Below, one piece after another: positions 49,233 through 61,127 of a stretch of 64,000 nt of DNA. The notes under the pieces are model-generated. The model was not told the DNA's origin. It ran no database searches and saw only the letters and a list, made by a program, of their open reading frames with translations. Origin of the DNA: Octopus vulgaris (lineage: Eukaryota). The first letter of the stretch is position 1, and each line of letters begins with the position of its first letter. The DNA lies in NCBI GenBank assembly GCA_951406725.2, contig OX597821.1, positions 96,720,001-96,784,000 on the forward strand, given 5' to 3'. The translations under genes and the position numbers were made by a program.

Positions 49233-49589
49233 GCTGACAGAATCGTTAGCACGCTGGGCGAAATGCTTAGCTGTATTTCGTCTGCCGCTACGTTCTGAGT
49301 TCAAATTCCGCCGATGTCGACTTTAACTTTCATCCTTTCGGAGTCGATAAATTAAGTACTAGTCAAGTACCGAGATCGATGTGATCAACTTTCCTCTTCC
49401 CCATAAATTCCAGGCCTTGTGCCTATAGTAGAAAGAATTATTATTATTATTATTGTTGTTGTTGTTGTTGTTGTTGTTATTTTCATTTGCATCTTCTTTC
49501 AATTTTGTTTCCATTTCTTGCTGAGTGTCTTCCTGGTACCTAGGGCAGAGAAACGTACTTGTATACATTGGTAGGCTATTAAAACAAAC

Positions 49590-49885
49590 ACATCAGATTT
49601 TGTTCATTTACAGAGTCATGTGACAGATAAAAAGGGGAAGACAGAGAGAAAAAGGAAAAAATAAAGAAAAGAAAAGTAAACAAATAAAATACAGAGTGAA
49701 AAAGGAAAGAAAATTCACAGCGTCAATGCTCTTCTCAATACGTGTGACGTACCCAGTTAAGATAATCTTTTGCCCTTCCTGCATGGATGGTAAGCCAGGG
49801 ATCATTCTTAGATAATTTTCAGTCCCTTCTTTGATTATTTCAAGTGCTCCTATAATCACTGGTATTGTAACCGTCTTGAGATGCC
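49590..49885 (-). mobile_element. 3' stub of another REL-type LINE
   Basis: TIPVIIGALEII...IPGLP..QKIILTG, homologous to the Dong C-terminus. Confidence 0.6.
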
Positions 49886-50303
49886 ATTATTATTATTAGG
49901 CAGGAAGCTGGCAGAATCGTTAGAGTATCGGATACAGTACTTACCGGTATTTCTTCTGGTTCTGAGTTCAAATTCCACAGTGGTCGACTTTGCTTTCATC
50001 TTTTCGGGGTCGATAAATTATGTACCAGTGAAACACTGGGGTCGATGTAATCGACTAGTACCATCCCCACCAATTTCAGGCCTTGTGCCTTTAGTAAAAA
50101 GGATTGTTATTGTTATGTGATAAAAACTCTCAGCAGACTAAGATGACACTTGTTTACTGGTCATGTTTCAAGAACCCCGTGAAGAATTCTTGTAATTCCA
50201 AGCGATGCAGATTTTTGTAGGCGTTCTACCTACACACTTGCACCGATCTTTTTCAACCATGTTGGTAGCTGAGTGCTGATACCTCCAAGTGCGCCAGTGT
50301 GTT

Positions 50304-50336
<33 letters not shown>

Positions 50337-50360
50337 GCTGTTGTTGTTGTTATTATTTTT

Positions 50361-50413
<53 letters not shown>

Positions 50414-51303
50414 TATTATTATTATTATTTTTATTATTATTATTATTATTATAGGGTGTACGTATCAATGTATCTGTTTAATGGACACAGACAGTAATAC
50501 TTCCTCGTTTACAAATAAAGGTTTGTAGTTCGAATCTAGCTTGGGACAAAAGTGCATACCCAGCAACAAGACACCTCGTGACGTTTGCCGACTGCATCGA
50601 TTAAATTTGCATTCAAGATATCAGGTTAGTAGTCGAGATAAATGATTAACTGAATACCAGCAACAACGTACAGGAGTGTGCTAGACGTTTGATTTCAGTA
50701 TGATGTTAGAATGAAGCCTTTATGGGTGAGAAGCAAAATGGATAGAGGAAAAAGTAAAAGAAGGAGGAAGAAACTATGGTGTTAATAATAGAGAAACTGA
50801 GACGGCGGCGGGTTGGAGCGATTATTTCGAATGGATATAAAGACAAAATCAAAAGCGAAACCAAAAAAACAGTATATGAGTATATATTGTTATATTAGAA
50901 ACAGCAGAACATACAAGCAAGTGTACAGTGCGACAAGCCCAGGATTGATGTTGGTGGTGATTGGATACAGGACAGTCATGCAATTTCGTGAGTAGTCTCT
51001 CATAGTGTATGAGAGTGTGCGCGCGCGGGGCGCATGCGACGCGTGTTCAATAGGTGCACCGACACAGATGATATAAACCAGGACGAGAGCAGATAGTAAA
51101 TAGCAGAGTCAAAGATTATTTGGAAAAGTGCCAAATTCAAAAAGCATCATTTCTAATCACTACTGGGACACGAACAGTTCTGTTCAAATGTCATTCTAAA
51201 TAATTAAACACCAACATACATCGGCAACTGTCCACCTTTCTATCTTTCGATAACATCTTTCCTACTTGTCTCTCTCTTCTGTTTGTCTATATGTCTGTCT
51301 GCC

Positions 51304-51338
<35 letters not shown>

Positions 51339-51490
51339 ATGTATGTATGTATGCATGCATTCATGTATTACGTATGTACGCATGTGTGCGCGCATGTATG
51401 AGTGTATGTATGGATATATGTATCTATGTATGTACAAGAGTATGTATTCATATCTGTATATATTTATATCTTTTTCTAATTTGCTCCCTC

Positions 51491-51601
<111 letters not shown>

Positions 51602-51609
51602 GTCTATTG

Positions 51610-51704
<95 letters not shown>

Positions 51705-51708
51705 CATC

Positions 51709-51739
<31 letters not shown>

Positions 51740-51862
51740 TTTTTCTATCGATATTTCAGTTTTTTCGTAACGCTTATTTGAACCACTCAGTCTGTTTTCT
51801 TTTATCAGTCCATTGATCATACAAATTATCTATTAACCAATCGATATATGTATGTATATTTG

Positions 51863-51896
<34 letters not shown>

Positions 51897-52172
51897 TGCA
51901 TGCATGTATGTATGTATGTATGTATGTATGTATGTATGTATGTATGTATGTTTGTTTGCATGTATATATATATATGTATGTATGCGTATGTATGTCTACA
52001 TATATATACACATACACACATATATGTTTGTATTTTCTAAGATATGTGTGTATATATGTATATATATGAATATTTATACATATATACATATACATATATG
52101 TGTGTGTGTATACATATATGTGTGTATATATATATGTATATGTATATGTGTGTGTGTATATATATATGTATA

Positions 52173-52237
<65 letters not shown>

Positions 52238-52258
52238 GTATAGATAGATAGATAGATA

Positions 52259-53482
52259 TATGGATTGGACAAAATAATGGGAACACCTTAAAATTTCAAA
52301 CAAGTTTATTTTAATATGGAGTAGGACCACCTTTGGAAGTAATTACAGCTTGAATTCTACGAGGTATGAACTCATACAGAGTTTCAGTTGTTTCCAAAGA
52401 CATTTTTATCCATTCTTTAGCTAAAACAGTCTCCAGTTCTTGTAGTGATCATGGTAGAGGTTATCGACTCCTTACTTGTTTTTCTAAAATGCACCATAAA
52501 TGTTCAATAATATTGAAATAGGGGGACTTTGGTGGCCAGGTAAGATGTTCAACTTCACAAGAATGTGCCTCGTGCCATTCAGTAACAACTGTGAATTGGT
52601 GCATTATCATCCTGAAAGATTGCGTTTCCCTCCGGAAACAGTTCCGCAACTACAGGATGGATTTGATCAGATAAAATGCTTAAATAGTATTGACTATTAA
52701 TTCTGTCATGAAAGGAAACCATTGGGCCGGCGGATTTCCAAGATATAGCCTCCACCACCTCCACCACCACCACCATATCATCACAGATCCTCCTCCAGGT
52801 TTAACAGTTAAAAGAAGGCAGTCTGGGTCAAATGCTTCTTTTAGCTGTCTCCACACTTATACTCGGCCGGTGGTCGGAAATAAGGTAAAGCATGACTCGT
52901 CCGAGAAAATAACAGTCTTCCACTGCTCTAGGGATCAATTCTGTGGAGTTTTACTCTACTCTAAACGCTTTGCAACGTTTGTTTTTGAAAGATTGGCGAA
53001 CAGATTTTGTGGAAACTGGGTTCTCGGGGTAGTCATTAAGCTCTGCAGTAATTCTGGGAACTGTACTTTTGTGAGCCTTTCTAACAATTCGCGTAAGAGT
53101 CTGACGGTCCGTATCTGAAAGTTTTGTTCTTCTTCCGGAGTTTTGCTTCGACGAGGAGGTTTTTCCCTCTTTCTCAAAGGCTGTCATTACTTTCGATACT
53201 CCAAGCATTTCAGCTGTTTTCGTTACGCTAGCGCCTGCCATACGAGCACCAACAATTTAACCTCTTTGAAAGTGCGATAGATCTGTCATATTAATGAATT
53301 TTGATTACTTTTTTCTGGTGATATCTGAAAAGAAACAGCAATTTTAGCAAAATATATTAAGCAACACTAATAATAAATTTAAAAAAACATAAAAATAAAC
53401 AAACTTTACATAGTTTTATAGATATTTCAAAATTATGATGCTATAATGCTAGGTATTTCCATTATTTTGTCCAACCCCTGTA
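52259..53482 (-). mobile_element. Tc1-family (DD34E) transposon, degenerate
   Basis: TIRs ttggacaaaataatgg.aacacct / aggtatttccattattttgtccaacccctg-TA; motifs IFSDES, FQDDNAPIH, WPPKSPYFNIIEHLW; HTH region in ORF 52951-53241. Confidence 0.9.
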
Positions 53483-55500
53483 TGTATTGTTTTATAAAAT
53501 AGCATTATCAAAGATATATCCACTGTCCTAAGAATGGCACATTATAAGGAATTAATCGTACAAGCCCAATGGATTTTGAAGCAAGAAATAAATCAGGAAT
53601 CAACCTTGATATAGCACTATTCGCAAAACTTACAAACGATTTAAAGCTTGAAGTTCAGTTGAGGACCCGCTGGTTGGAAAGGATAAACAATTACGTGAAC
53701 GCTTGCCTTTTCTGGACTTTCAACTCAAAATCTCATAAGGAAGTAGCATCCAAACCAAATTTACAAAAATACCATTTACTGATATCATCCGCTATGTTAT
53801 AGTCCTATTTCTGTTATGAAAATGGTGTATAGAAACAGACCATGCTAAAGGAACGTTTGACTTTCTGAGTGTATATGTGTGTGAATATGTTTATGTGTGC
53901 GTATATGCATGTACCATTTATCTTTCACTTGTTTCAGTCATTTAACTGCGGCCGTGCTGGGGCACCATCTTGCAGAGTTTTAGTCGAACAAATTGACCCA
54001 AGAGCTTATTTTTCTGCTCATACCAGGTACTTATCCTATCGGTTTCTTTTACCCCGACCGCTAAGTCGCTAAGTTACAGGGACGTAAACACACCAGCACC
54101 GGTTGTCAAGCGATGAGTGGGGTACAAATATACACACCTAAATGCACACATACATACACACGCATGCACACACACACACATACATGCACACACGTATACG
54201 CGACAGGCATATACCGTATTCACTCACAAGGCTTCAGTCGAACCGAAGCTATAGTAGAAGATACTTGCCCAAGGTGCCACGCACTAGGACTGCACCCGGA
54301 ACCATGTGATTGAGAAGCAAGCTTTCTACCACACAGTTACGCCTGTATGTATTCCGAGATTAAGTCTTCATAAGAACATGGCTAGCGCACTTAGAGTTGA
54401 GTAATCAAAGAGTTTGGTCCCTCGACCTATTTGGCTAAAAACGAGTCGAACAAAATATTGCTTCTTTGTTTCACACATTGTGCTAAATAAAAACATGTAC
54501 GTGCATGTCAGTATGTACATGTGTGTAAATGCACGTATACGTGTGTGTAGCTATGAATGTGTTTATTTGTGTTAGCGGTGGTTTTTGTTCAGTCGAATTA
54601 CCGTCCAAACATAGCAAATTTGAAAGTATTAACTCTAGGCAGAGTAAGCTAATCATAAGCTAGTCGCGCGTTCATTTTATTCAAATTGATAAAAATAATG
54701 AACTGATTTTGACATGCTGTTACATGTCCAAATACTTCCTTCGTTCATAAAAGATAACAATAAATGGTTTACACAACTGATATCGCCTAGAGTGATGCTG
54801 TATATTAACTTTCCAAGCGGCTGATGTTTACGGTCGATTGATAAAACAAAATCCTGCTTGGTGTTATGTAATCCCTCTATATTACATGTAAAATAAGATA
54901 TCTATATCTTTCTTTTCTCTTTTATCTTTTACTTGCTTCGATCATTGGAGTGCGGCCGTGCTGGGGCACCGTCTTGACAGCTTTAGACGAACATATCCAC
55001 CACAATACTACATCTATTACTTATTCTACTGGTGTCTTTTATCGAACCGCTAACTTTGGTGGACGTAAACATGCCAACACATGTTGGCAAGCGGTGCGTG
55101 ATAGGGACAAACGAACACACACACATGCACAAACACGCACACATATATATATACATATATACATACATAGATACACTGAGCTTCCATACAGTTTCCTTCT
55201 ACCTACTACACTCACCTGACATTGGTCAGCCCAGGGCTATACTAGCAGATACATGTTCAAGATGCTGCGCAGTGTATGGGTGTGCATATGTAACTATATA
55301 TGTATTAATGTATAGTTGTATATTTAACTATGTATTTTTAAATAAGCGAGTCTGCTTGCATTTATCTTGTTCAATGTATATACGGTCATTTATTTATAAA
55401 ATCTATACATGTTTAAGTGAGTATATATATGTGTGTGTACATATACATATATATGTATATACCTATCTATCTATGAATCTATCTATCTATATACATTGGA

Positions 55501-55554
<54 letters not shown>

Positions 55555-55556
55555 AT

Positions 55557-55760
55557 ACATGTGACCTCATGAGCACCGCTAGCAATTTTTTTTCCTCTAT
55601 CTTCCCTTCTCGGGATCTTTCCTTCTCCTTTGTTTCTGACGAAGAGCTCCGCTCGAAACGTTAAACCCTCCTTCTTCCCTTCTTTCCTGAGCGTCCAATA
55701 ATACTTTATTTGTTCCACGTCCTCGCGTTGCTGTGTTTTTTTGTGTTTTCTTGTTTGGAT

Positions 55761-55798
<38 letters not shown>

Positions 55799-56021
55799 TC
55801 TATCTATCTATATATATTCCAAAATGTAACTACATGAGGATTGTTGGCGATTTTTTCCTCCGTCTATCTTTTCTCTTGGACTTTCCCCTGTCCCTTGTTT
55901 CTGAAGAAGAGTTTTGCTCGAAACGTTGAACACCCTTTCTTTCCTTCCTGGAGCGTCTTTTAATACTTTCCATGTACCACGTCCTCGTGTCATTGTTTTC
56001 TCTTGTGTTTTTTTTTCTGGA

Positions 56022-56030
<9 letters not shown>
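55557..56030 (+). mobile_element. Two tandem ~210-bp hammerhead-containing units separated by (TA)n (retrozyme/solo-pLTR-like)
   Basis: HHR 55632-55666 GUUU-CUGACGA-A-GAGC(ucc)GCUC-GAAA-CG-UU-AAAC and HHR 55897-55931 GUUU-CUGAAGA-A-GAG(uuuug)CUC-GAAA-CG-UU-GAAC. Each unit ends tggattaa.t-(TA)n. Confidence 0.78.
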
Positions 56031-56085
<55 letters not shown>

Positions 56086-56102
56086 TTATATATATATATA
56101 TA

Positions 56103-56498
56103 TCTTTATATATAAAAGTGAGGTTGTGTGCTGTCTGTCTCCTACGATTTAGATTCCTAACTACTCCCACATTTTGCGGTGCAGTTTAACCAAAACCGGG
56201 TATCTTATAGTCGTGATTCATATCGAGCCCTTCTGGGTATTAGCGCGCGTCTACGATAAGTCTACGATTTTAAAAACAATTACCATCAATTTTTCCCATT
56301 TTTAATGCATTTTTGGCATATAGAAAGGAAGTAACTCTCTAAAAATTTATTATTAAATCTCAGAACGTAAAAAGCTACAGTAACACCCCCCCCCTTTGCG
56401 GTTAACCATATTGAGATAGCTATTATACTTTACATCTCTAAAAATGCTTACATAGTTATTTCCCTTACAAACCCGAGCAACGCCGGGCGATACTGCTA

Positions 56499-56499
<1 letters not shown>
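56103..56499 (+). mobile_element. Non-autonomous Helitron
   Basis: a|TCtttatatataaaag ... cccgagcaacgccggg cgatactgCTAG|t. Confidence 0.87.
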
Positions 56500-56529
<30 letters not shown>

Positions 56530-56535
<6 letters not shown>

Positions 56536-56895
56536 TTCAGTAAAAATTTAGATTCAGTTGAATATGGTACTTAAGTTAAAGGCACCAGAATTTGGTATAG
56601 TATCCATATAATTCAAAATGGGGTGATTATAATCAAAATAAGCAGCATTTAAATCATACCTCCGACGGGACTGATTTAAATGTTGCTTATTTTGATTATA
56701 ATCACCGCAGTACGATCGTTTCATGCGACTTCATTTAATTAAACAATCCAAGTATTACATCAGTTTTAAAATGTAGAGCAATCTTAAGCTGCATATGGAA
56801 TTTTTAGTTAAATTGAAAAGATTCATTTTTATACTTATTCCATTTACCAACATCACGAAGAGGCTAAGTAGATAGACAGAGAGACCAGTTTCATC
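56530..56895 (-). mobile_element. Diverged relative of the 12.6-13.1 kb element, with an internal hairpin and a mutated hammerhead
   Basis: Homologous to 12592-13150. Hairpin 56623-56706; HHR 56707-56792 with core CUUAAGA and perfect palindromic stem III ACGAUCGU. Confidence 0.7.
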
Positions 56896-57802
56896 AACAG
56901 AAACATGGTAGTAAATGATATTTATTCATGGATACACTTCTTATCATTGAACTTACTTTGTTATTTAGATTTACTATATATATGAATAAATAAATATATT
57001 CATCATAAGACGACAATATAGATTTTAAGTTAGATTGGTTCATACTGTCTGTATCCTTTCCTTTTGATAAGGGCAGGAGATTTTGTAACATTTGCAACTC
57101 TGAACTCTTCCATATTCTCTTCTCTAACACACTTATAGAGAAATCATACAAATGTAAACACTGGCAGAAACATACATTTTACTCATATAAATGATTTCGA
57201 TAGTCATTATAGTTTTGAACAATTAGTTTAACGTGCACTTCACTTCAACAGAGAAATCCTTTCCTAAGCCTTTGAACATTCTTTTAATCAACGTATCCCT
57301 CCCTCTCTATTTGTTCCCTATTTATTATTCCTTTAACCCTTCTCTTCCTACTATCTAACTTTGACGTCAATTCTACTAACGGTTTTTTTAAACACTTATT
57401 AACGTTTTGTTTATCATGTAGGCAGTCATCGTAATTATTATATTGTCTTGTTGTTGAGAGAGGGTCCCTTTCTTTCCTGATGAGAAGATTGCATCTTACA
57501 CCGTTTATTCCTTTGGAATAAAACCATGTTGTCTTCGAAACATATGTCGAAAGTAAAGGAATTTTATTAACATCTTCGTTCAGCTCCATTTATTTATTTA
57601 TTCATATATAACACACAAATTTCTGCACATGAACCCGGAGTTCTACCTTTGGATAGGTCGCTTCAACCGTGATTCTGGCGTGAATTTGCTACCCTGGTAT
57701 CGGTTCATCGAATTTTCCATGTTGACGGTAAACGTAGGATAATTCATTCACCCATCGAAATATATATATATATATATATATATTAATAAATATATATATA
57801 TA

Positions 57803-57835
<33 letters not shown>

Positions 57836-57882
57836 ATGTATGTATGTATGTATGTATGTATGTATGTATAAATACATGTAGA

Positions 57883-57925
<43 letters not shown>

Positions 57926-58096
57926 TTATATGCATGTGTTTATGTGTATTTATATGTGCGCATACGTGTGTATATAAGCAAGCGCATGCATATATATAGA
58001 CGCACGTTTGTGTGTATGTGTGTGAGTGTATCTATATTGTTTGTGTATGTTTGTGTTTTTATGTATTTATACTTATGTGTATATATGCACACACAT

Positions 58097-58128
<32 letters not shown>

Positions 58129-58260
58129 TAATAAAAAGAATTCCTACCTTGTCTGATTTTCACGTTTTATTTACAATCTTATAATGATATATTATAAGAT
58201 AATATATTATAATTGAATAAAATAAAATGAAATAGTAGAATGTTAAATATTCATTCTGAT

Positions 58261-58305
58261 TGAACTAGTACTTTCATGCATTGAATTCTGCAATCTTCGG
58301 GTTCA
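58261..58305 (-). ncRNA. Minimal type I hammerhead ribozyme in the PLE terminal repeat (U4C core variant)
   Basis: Minus strand UGAAC-CCGAAGA-U-UGCA(gaauucaa)UGCA-U-GAAA-GUAC-UA-GUUCA: stem I UGAAC/GUUCA, stem II UGCA/UGCA, palindromic stem III AGUACU. Confidence 0.72.
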
Positions 58306-58368
58306 TGTAGTAGTGTTGACAGTCATGCTTCACAATTTTTGACTGTAGCAAGATGAGTGATTCTGTGC

Positions 58369-58482
58369 TATAAATACAGCTGGGTAGGCTCCAGAGTGCT
58401 AGGTTTTGCAAACTGTATTCTGACCAATCAGTGTGTAGTATCACTCAATTACTTAAGCTGATTGGTTGGTTGAGCTGATTGG
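58369..58482 (-). promoter_or_regulatory. Putative pLTR promoter: three CCAAT boxes and a TATA-like box upstream of the hammerhead
   Basis: ATTGG at 58461 and 58478, CCAAT at 58424, TATTTATA (minus) at 58376-58369, ~65 nt upstream of the ribozyme in element orientation. Confidence 0.45.
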
Positions 58483-58799
58483 TTTAGGCATCACGCTTTG
58501 TTGGACAGGTCAAGAGTCCTGTATCTTGACCCTGGCCGAAGCAGCAATTGTTGGGTTATTTTTAGAAATGTTGTAAATATCCTTTGTCAGAGATTTTTAT
58601 ATTTTTATATTTCAATTGTCATCATCATCATTGTCAGCACCTTAATTATTGTTGCTAGTGGTGATGGTGGTGGCAATAGAACTTTTAACCCTAAATAAGA
58701 TAATTTTCCTGCTATCTTCGTCTTGATCACCTTTAGTATTGTTGTTGTTGTTAGTGGTCATGGTCGTAGCAGTGGAAGTAATACCTCTAAGTATTATTA

Positions 58800-61127
58800 T
58801 TATTGCTTATTTAGCTTGGGTTCGAATTTATCAATAAAATTCTTTTCTCTGATTTTCCTCTCGATTTCACTTGGGCTGTGTAATTTGTAGAATGGAAATA
58901 TTATATATATTTTCCGACCACATGTTGCTAGGTGGTTACTCAAAGGTATCTGACGGACCTCTGGGTCTCTAATCTGTTGCCGGTGTACACGTGAGCGTTC
59001 TAATAGTGCGTTTCCCGTCTGACCTACATATATTTCTTCACAATTTGGGCATTTGATGCAGTAAATTAAATTTCTGCTTTTGCAGTTCATATTCGCGTTT
59101 GTGAATATTTTCCCGGTTTTTGTGTTTATATATTGACCGGTATGTATGAATTGGCATGTGCCACATCGGCTATCATTGCATTTAGATACCGTGAATGTTT
59201 GGTCTTTGTTGCTGAGGTCAAATTTTGCCTTTGTTAGTAATGTTTTCAAGTTTTTAGGCTGTCTTTTACTAAGCACCATAGCTCGATCCTTGATTATGTC
59301 TTTTAATTCATTACTTTGGGCAATGATTGGTAGGTTTGCTTTGGCAATGTTGAAGATATTCTGGTGACATGGGTTGTGTGTCACTATGAATGGTATGACT
59401 TGTTCTTGTTTTCCTCTTCCTTGGGTTGTCCTAAGTTGTTGTATAGGTATTTTTATAGCCCGCTGTATGCCATTTTCTATAAGTAGAGATGGGTATTTTT
59501 GTTTGAGCAAAAATTCTCTTAGTTCTATTAGGCGTTTGTTCCTGATATTTGCATCTTCTACAATAGTACAAATTCTTCTGGCTAGGCAGTATGGGATGTT
59601 ACGTTTTGTATGTGGTGGATGGCACGACTTAAAATTTAGGTATTGATGTGTGTCTGTGTGTTTATAGTATATATCTGTGGTGATGGTGGTGTCTTTTTTA
59701 ATTACCATTATATCCAGGAATGGTAATTTGGTACTAATCATCTCCTTTGTAAATTTGAGAGATGGGTGTAGGTTGTTCAGGAGGATATTGAACTCTTCCA
59801 GAGTATTTAGAGATTCTGTCCAGATTATGAAACAGTCGTCTAGGTATCTCTTCCATGCCTTTTCAATATACTTTCTAAATCCAGTGCCATAGTTTACCTC
59901 CACCTCTTGGTAGAGTTGTTCTTCTAAGTATCCCATTACAGAGTTGGCGTAAACGGGAGCAAACCTCGTTCCCATCGCCGTGCCTCTAATTTGGATGTAA
60001 TTCTTTCCATTGAAGAAGAATGTGTTATTTTCTAGAATAAGTTTGACTGTGTCTAATATAAATGGCACTGTGAATCTGCTGGGAATCACTTCTCTATGTT
60101 TTTCTAACCAGTATTTAATCGCCTTTATTCCTAAATCGTGTGGAATATTGGTGTAGAGGCTTACCACATCAAAACTTAGTAAAACTGAATTTGTTTCTGT
60201 TGTTTTGGGAAGATGGGACAGGAAGTCGATGTCATCCCTGATGAAACTTGGTATGTAAGTACATAGTGGTTTCAAAACAATGTCAATAAAATTGCTTAGA
60301 CGGTGTGTAGGGCATGCTGGACCAGCTATAATAGGTCTAAGTTTTAGGTCTTTTGGATGTAATAATTTTATGTACTCACTTTCTTGTTCTTTTACTGCCT
60401 GTTGAATGTTCTTTGATTTGTGTATTTTTGGTAAGCCGTAGAAGTTGCTGGGTTTTGGTTCAAAATTGGTGATGTAGTCTTTTTCATTATCCGTAAGTGA
60501 GTTGTGGTGTGTTGAAATCAGGTTGTTGATCTTTTTCATGATGTGGTGGTCTATATTTGCGGGTATTTCACAATAGAAGGTTGTATCCTTCAGTTGGTCT
60601 TCAACCAAATCCTTATAGTATTCGGTATCCATAATAACAATTGCACCACCTTTATCTGCTTGTTTAATTATTATTGTTTGATCGTTTTGTATACGTTTAC
60701 ATGCAGACATCTCTGATTTGCTAATGTTTGGCCTAACATTGGTATTGCGTCTAAGGGGAAATTTAGACAGGATATCAATGTATTGGTCAAGGTAGTTATT
60801 TCTTCCTTTTGGTGGGGTGAAATTTGATTTATTCCTTACTAGGGATTCATCAATCTCATTACTTTTGTTAGCGAAGAATTCTACAAGTCGTAATTTTCGA
60901 CAGAATTTTTGGATATCCTCCTTTAATTCTTGGTGGTTGGCTGTTGGTGTAGGTGTGAATTTCAGTCCTTTTGACAGAAGTTGGATTTCATCATTGTCAA
61001 GATCTCTTTTTGATAAATTAATTATTTTAGGATCTATACGTTCAGTTGTTTGGGGTATGTTTCCTCTTGGATTTTTTCTTTCTCCGGTGTTTGTTGTCCT
61101 GACGTAAAAAAATGGATTTTTTTCTGG
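58800..61127 (-). CDS. PLE reverse transcriptase + GIY-YIG endonuclease (frame open 61127-58800; first ATG only at 60710)
   Basis: Motifs IINLS..KGLKFTPTP (read by hand upstream of the ATG), ADKG, YGLPKIHK, RPIIA, SFDVVSLYTNIP, GTAMG, RYLDD, LPFLD, Cys linker CNDSRCGTC, and GIY-YIG IYCIKCPNCEEIYVGQTG..R...H..RE..N. No internal stops. Confidence 0.93.
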   Translation of the reverse strand, partial: PEKNPFFYVRTTNTGERKNPRGNIPQTTERIDPKIINLSKRDLDNDEIQLLSKGLKFTPTPTANHQELKEDIQKFCRKLRLVEFFANKSNEIDESLVRNKSNFTPPKGRNNYLDQYIDILSKFPLRRNTNVRPNISKSEMSACKRIQNDQTIIIKQADKGGAIVIMDTEYYKDLVEDQLKDTTFYCEIPANIDHHIMKKINNLISTHHNSLTDNEKDYITNFEPKPSNFYGLPKIHKSKNIQQAVKEQESEYIKLLHPKDLKLRPIIAGPACPTHRLSNFIDIVLKPLCTYIPSFIRDDIDFLSHLPKTTETNSVLLSFDVVSLYTNIPHDLGIKAIKYWLEKHREVIPSRFTVPFILDTVKLILENNTFFFNGKNYIQIRGTAMGTRFAPVYANSVMGYLEEQLYQEVEVNYGTGFRKYIEKAWKRYLDDCFIIWTESLNTLEEFNILLNNLHPSLKFTKEMISTKLPFLDIMVIKKDTTITTDIYYKHTDTHQYLNFKSCHPPHTKRNIPYCLARRICTIVEDANIRNKRLIELREFLLKQKYPSLLIENGIQRAIKIPIQQLRTTQGRGKQEQVIPFIVTHNPCHQNIFNIAKANLPIIAQSNELKDIIKDRAMVLSKRQPKNLKTLLTKAKFDLSNKDQTFTVSKCNDSRCGTCQFIHTGQYINTKTGKIFTNANMNCKSRNLIYCIKCPNCEEIYVGQTGNALLERSRVHRQQIRDPEVRQIPLSNHLATCGRKIYIIFPFYKLHSPSEIERKIREKNFIDKFEPKLNKQ

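Noticed and set aside
56894-57589. Short minus-strand ORFs next to the pLTR-like element as a decayed PLE coding end
   Set aside because: No recognisable RT or GIY-YIG motif.
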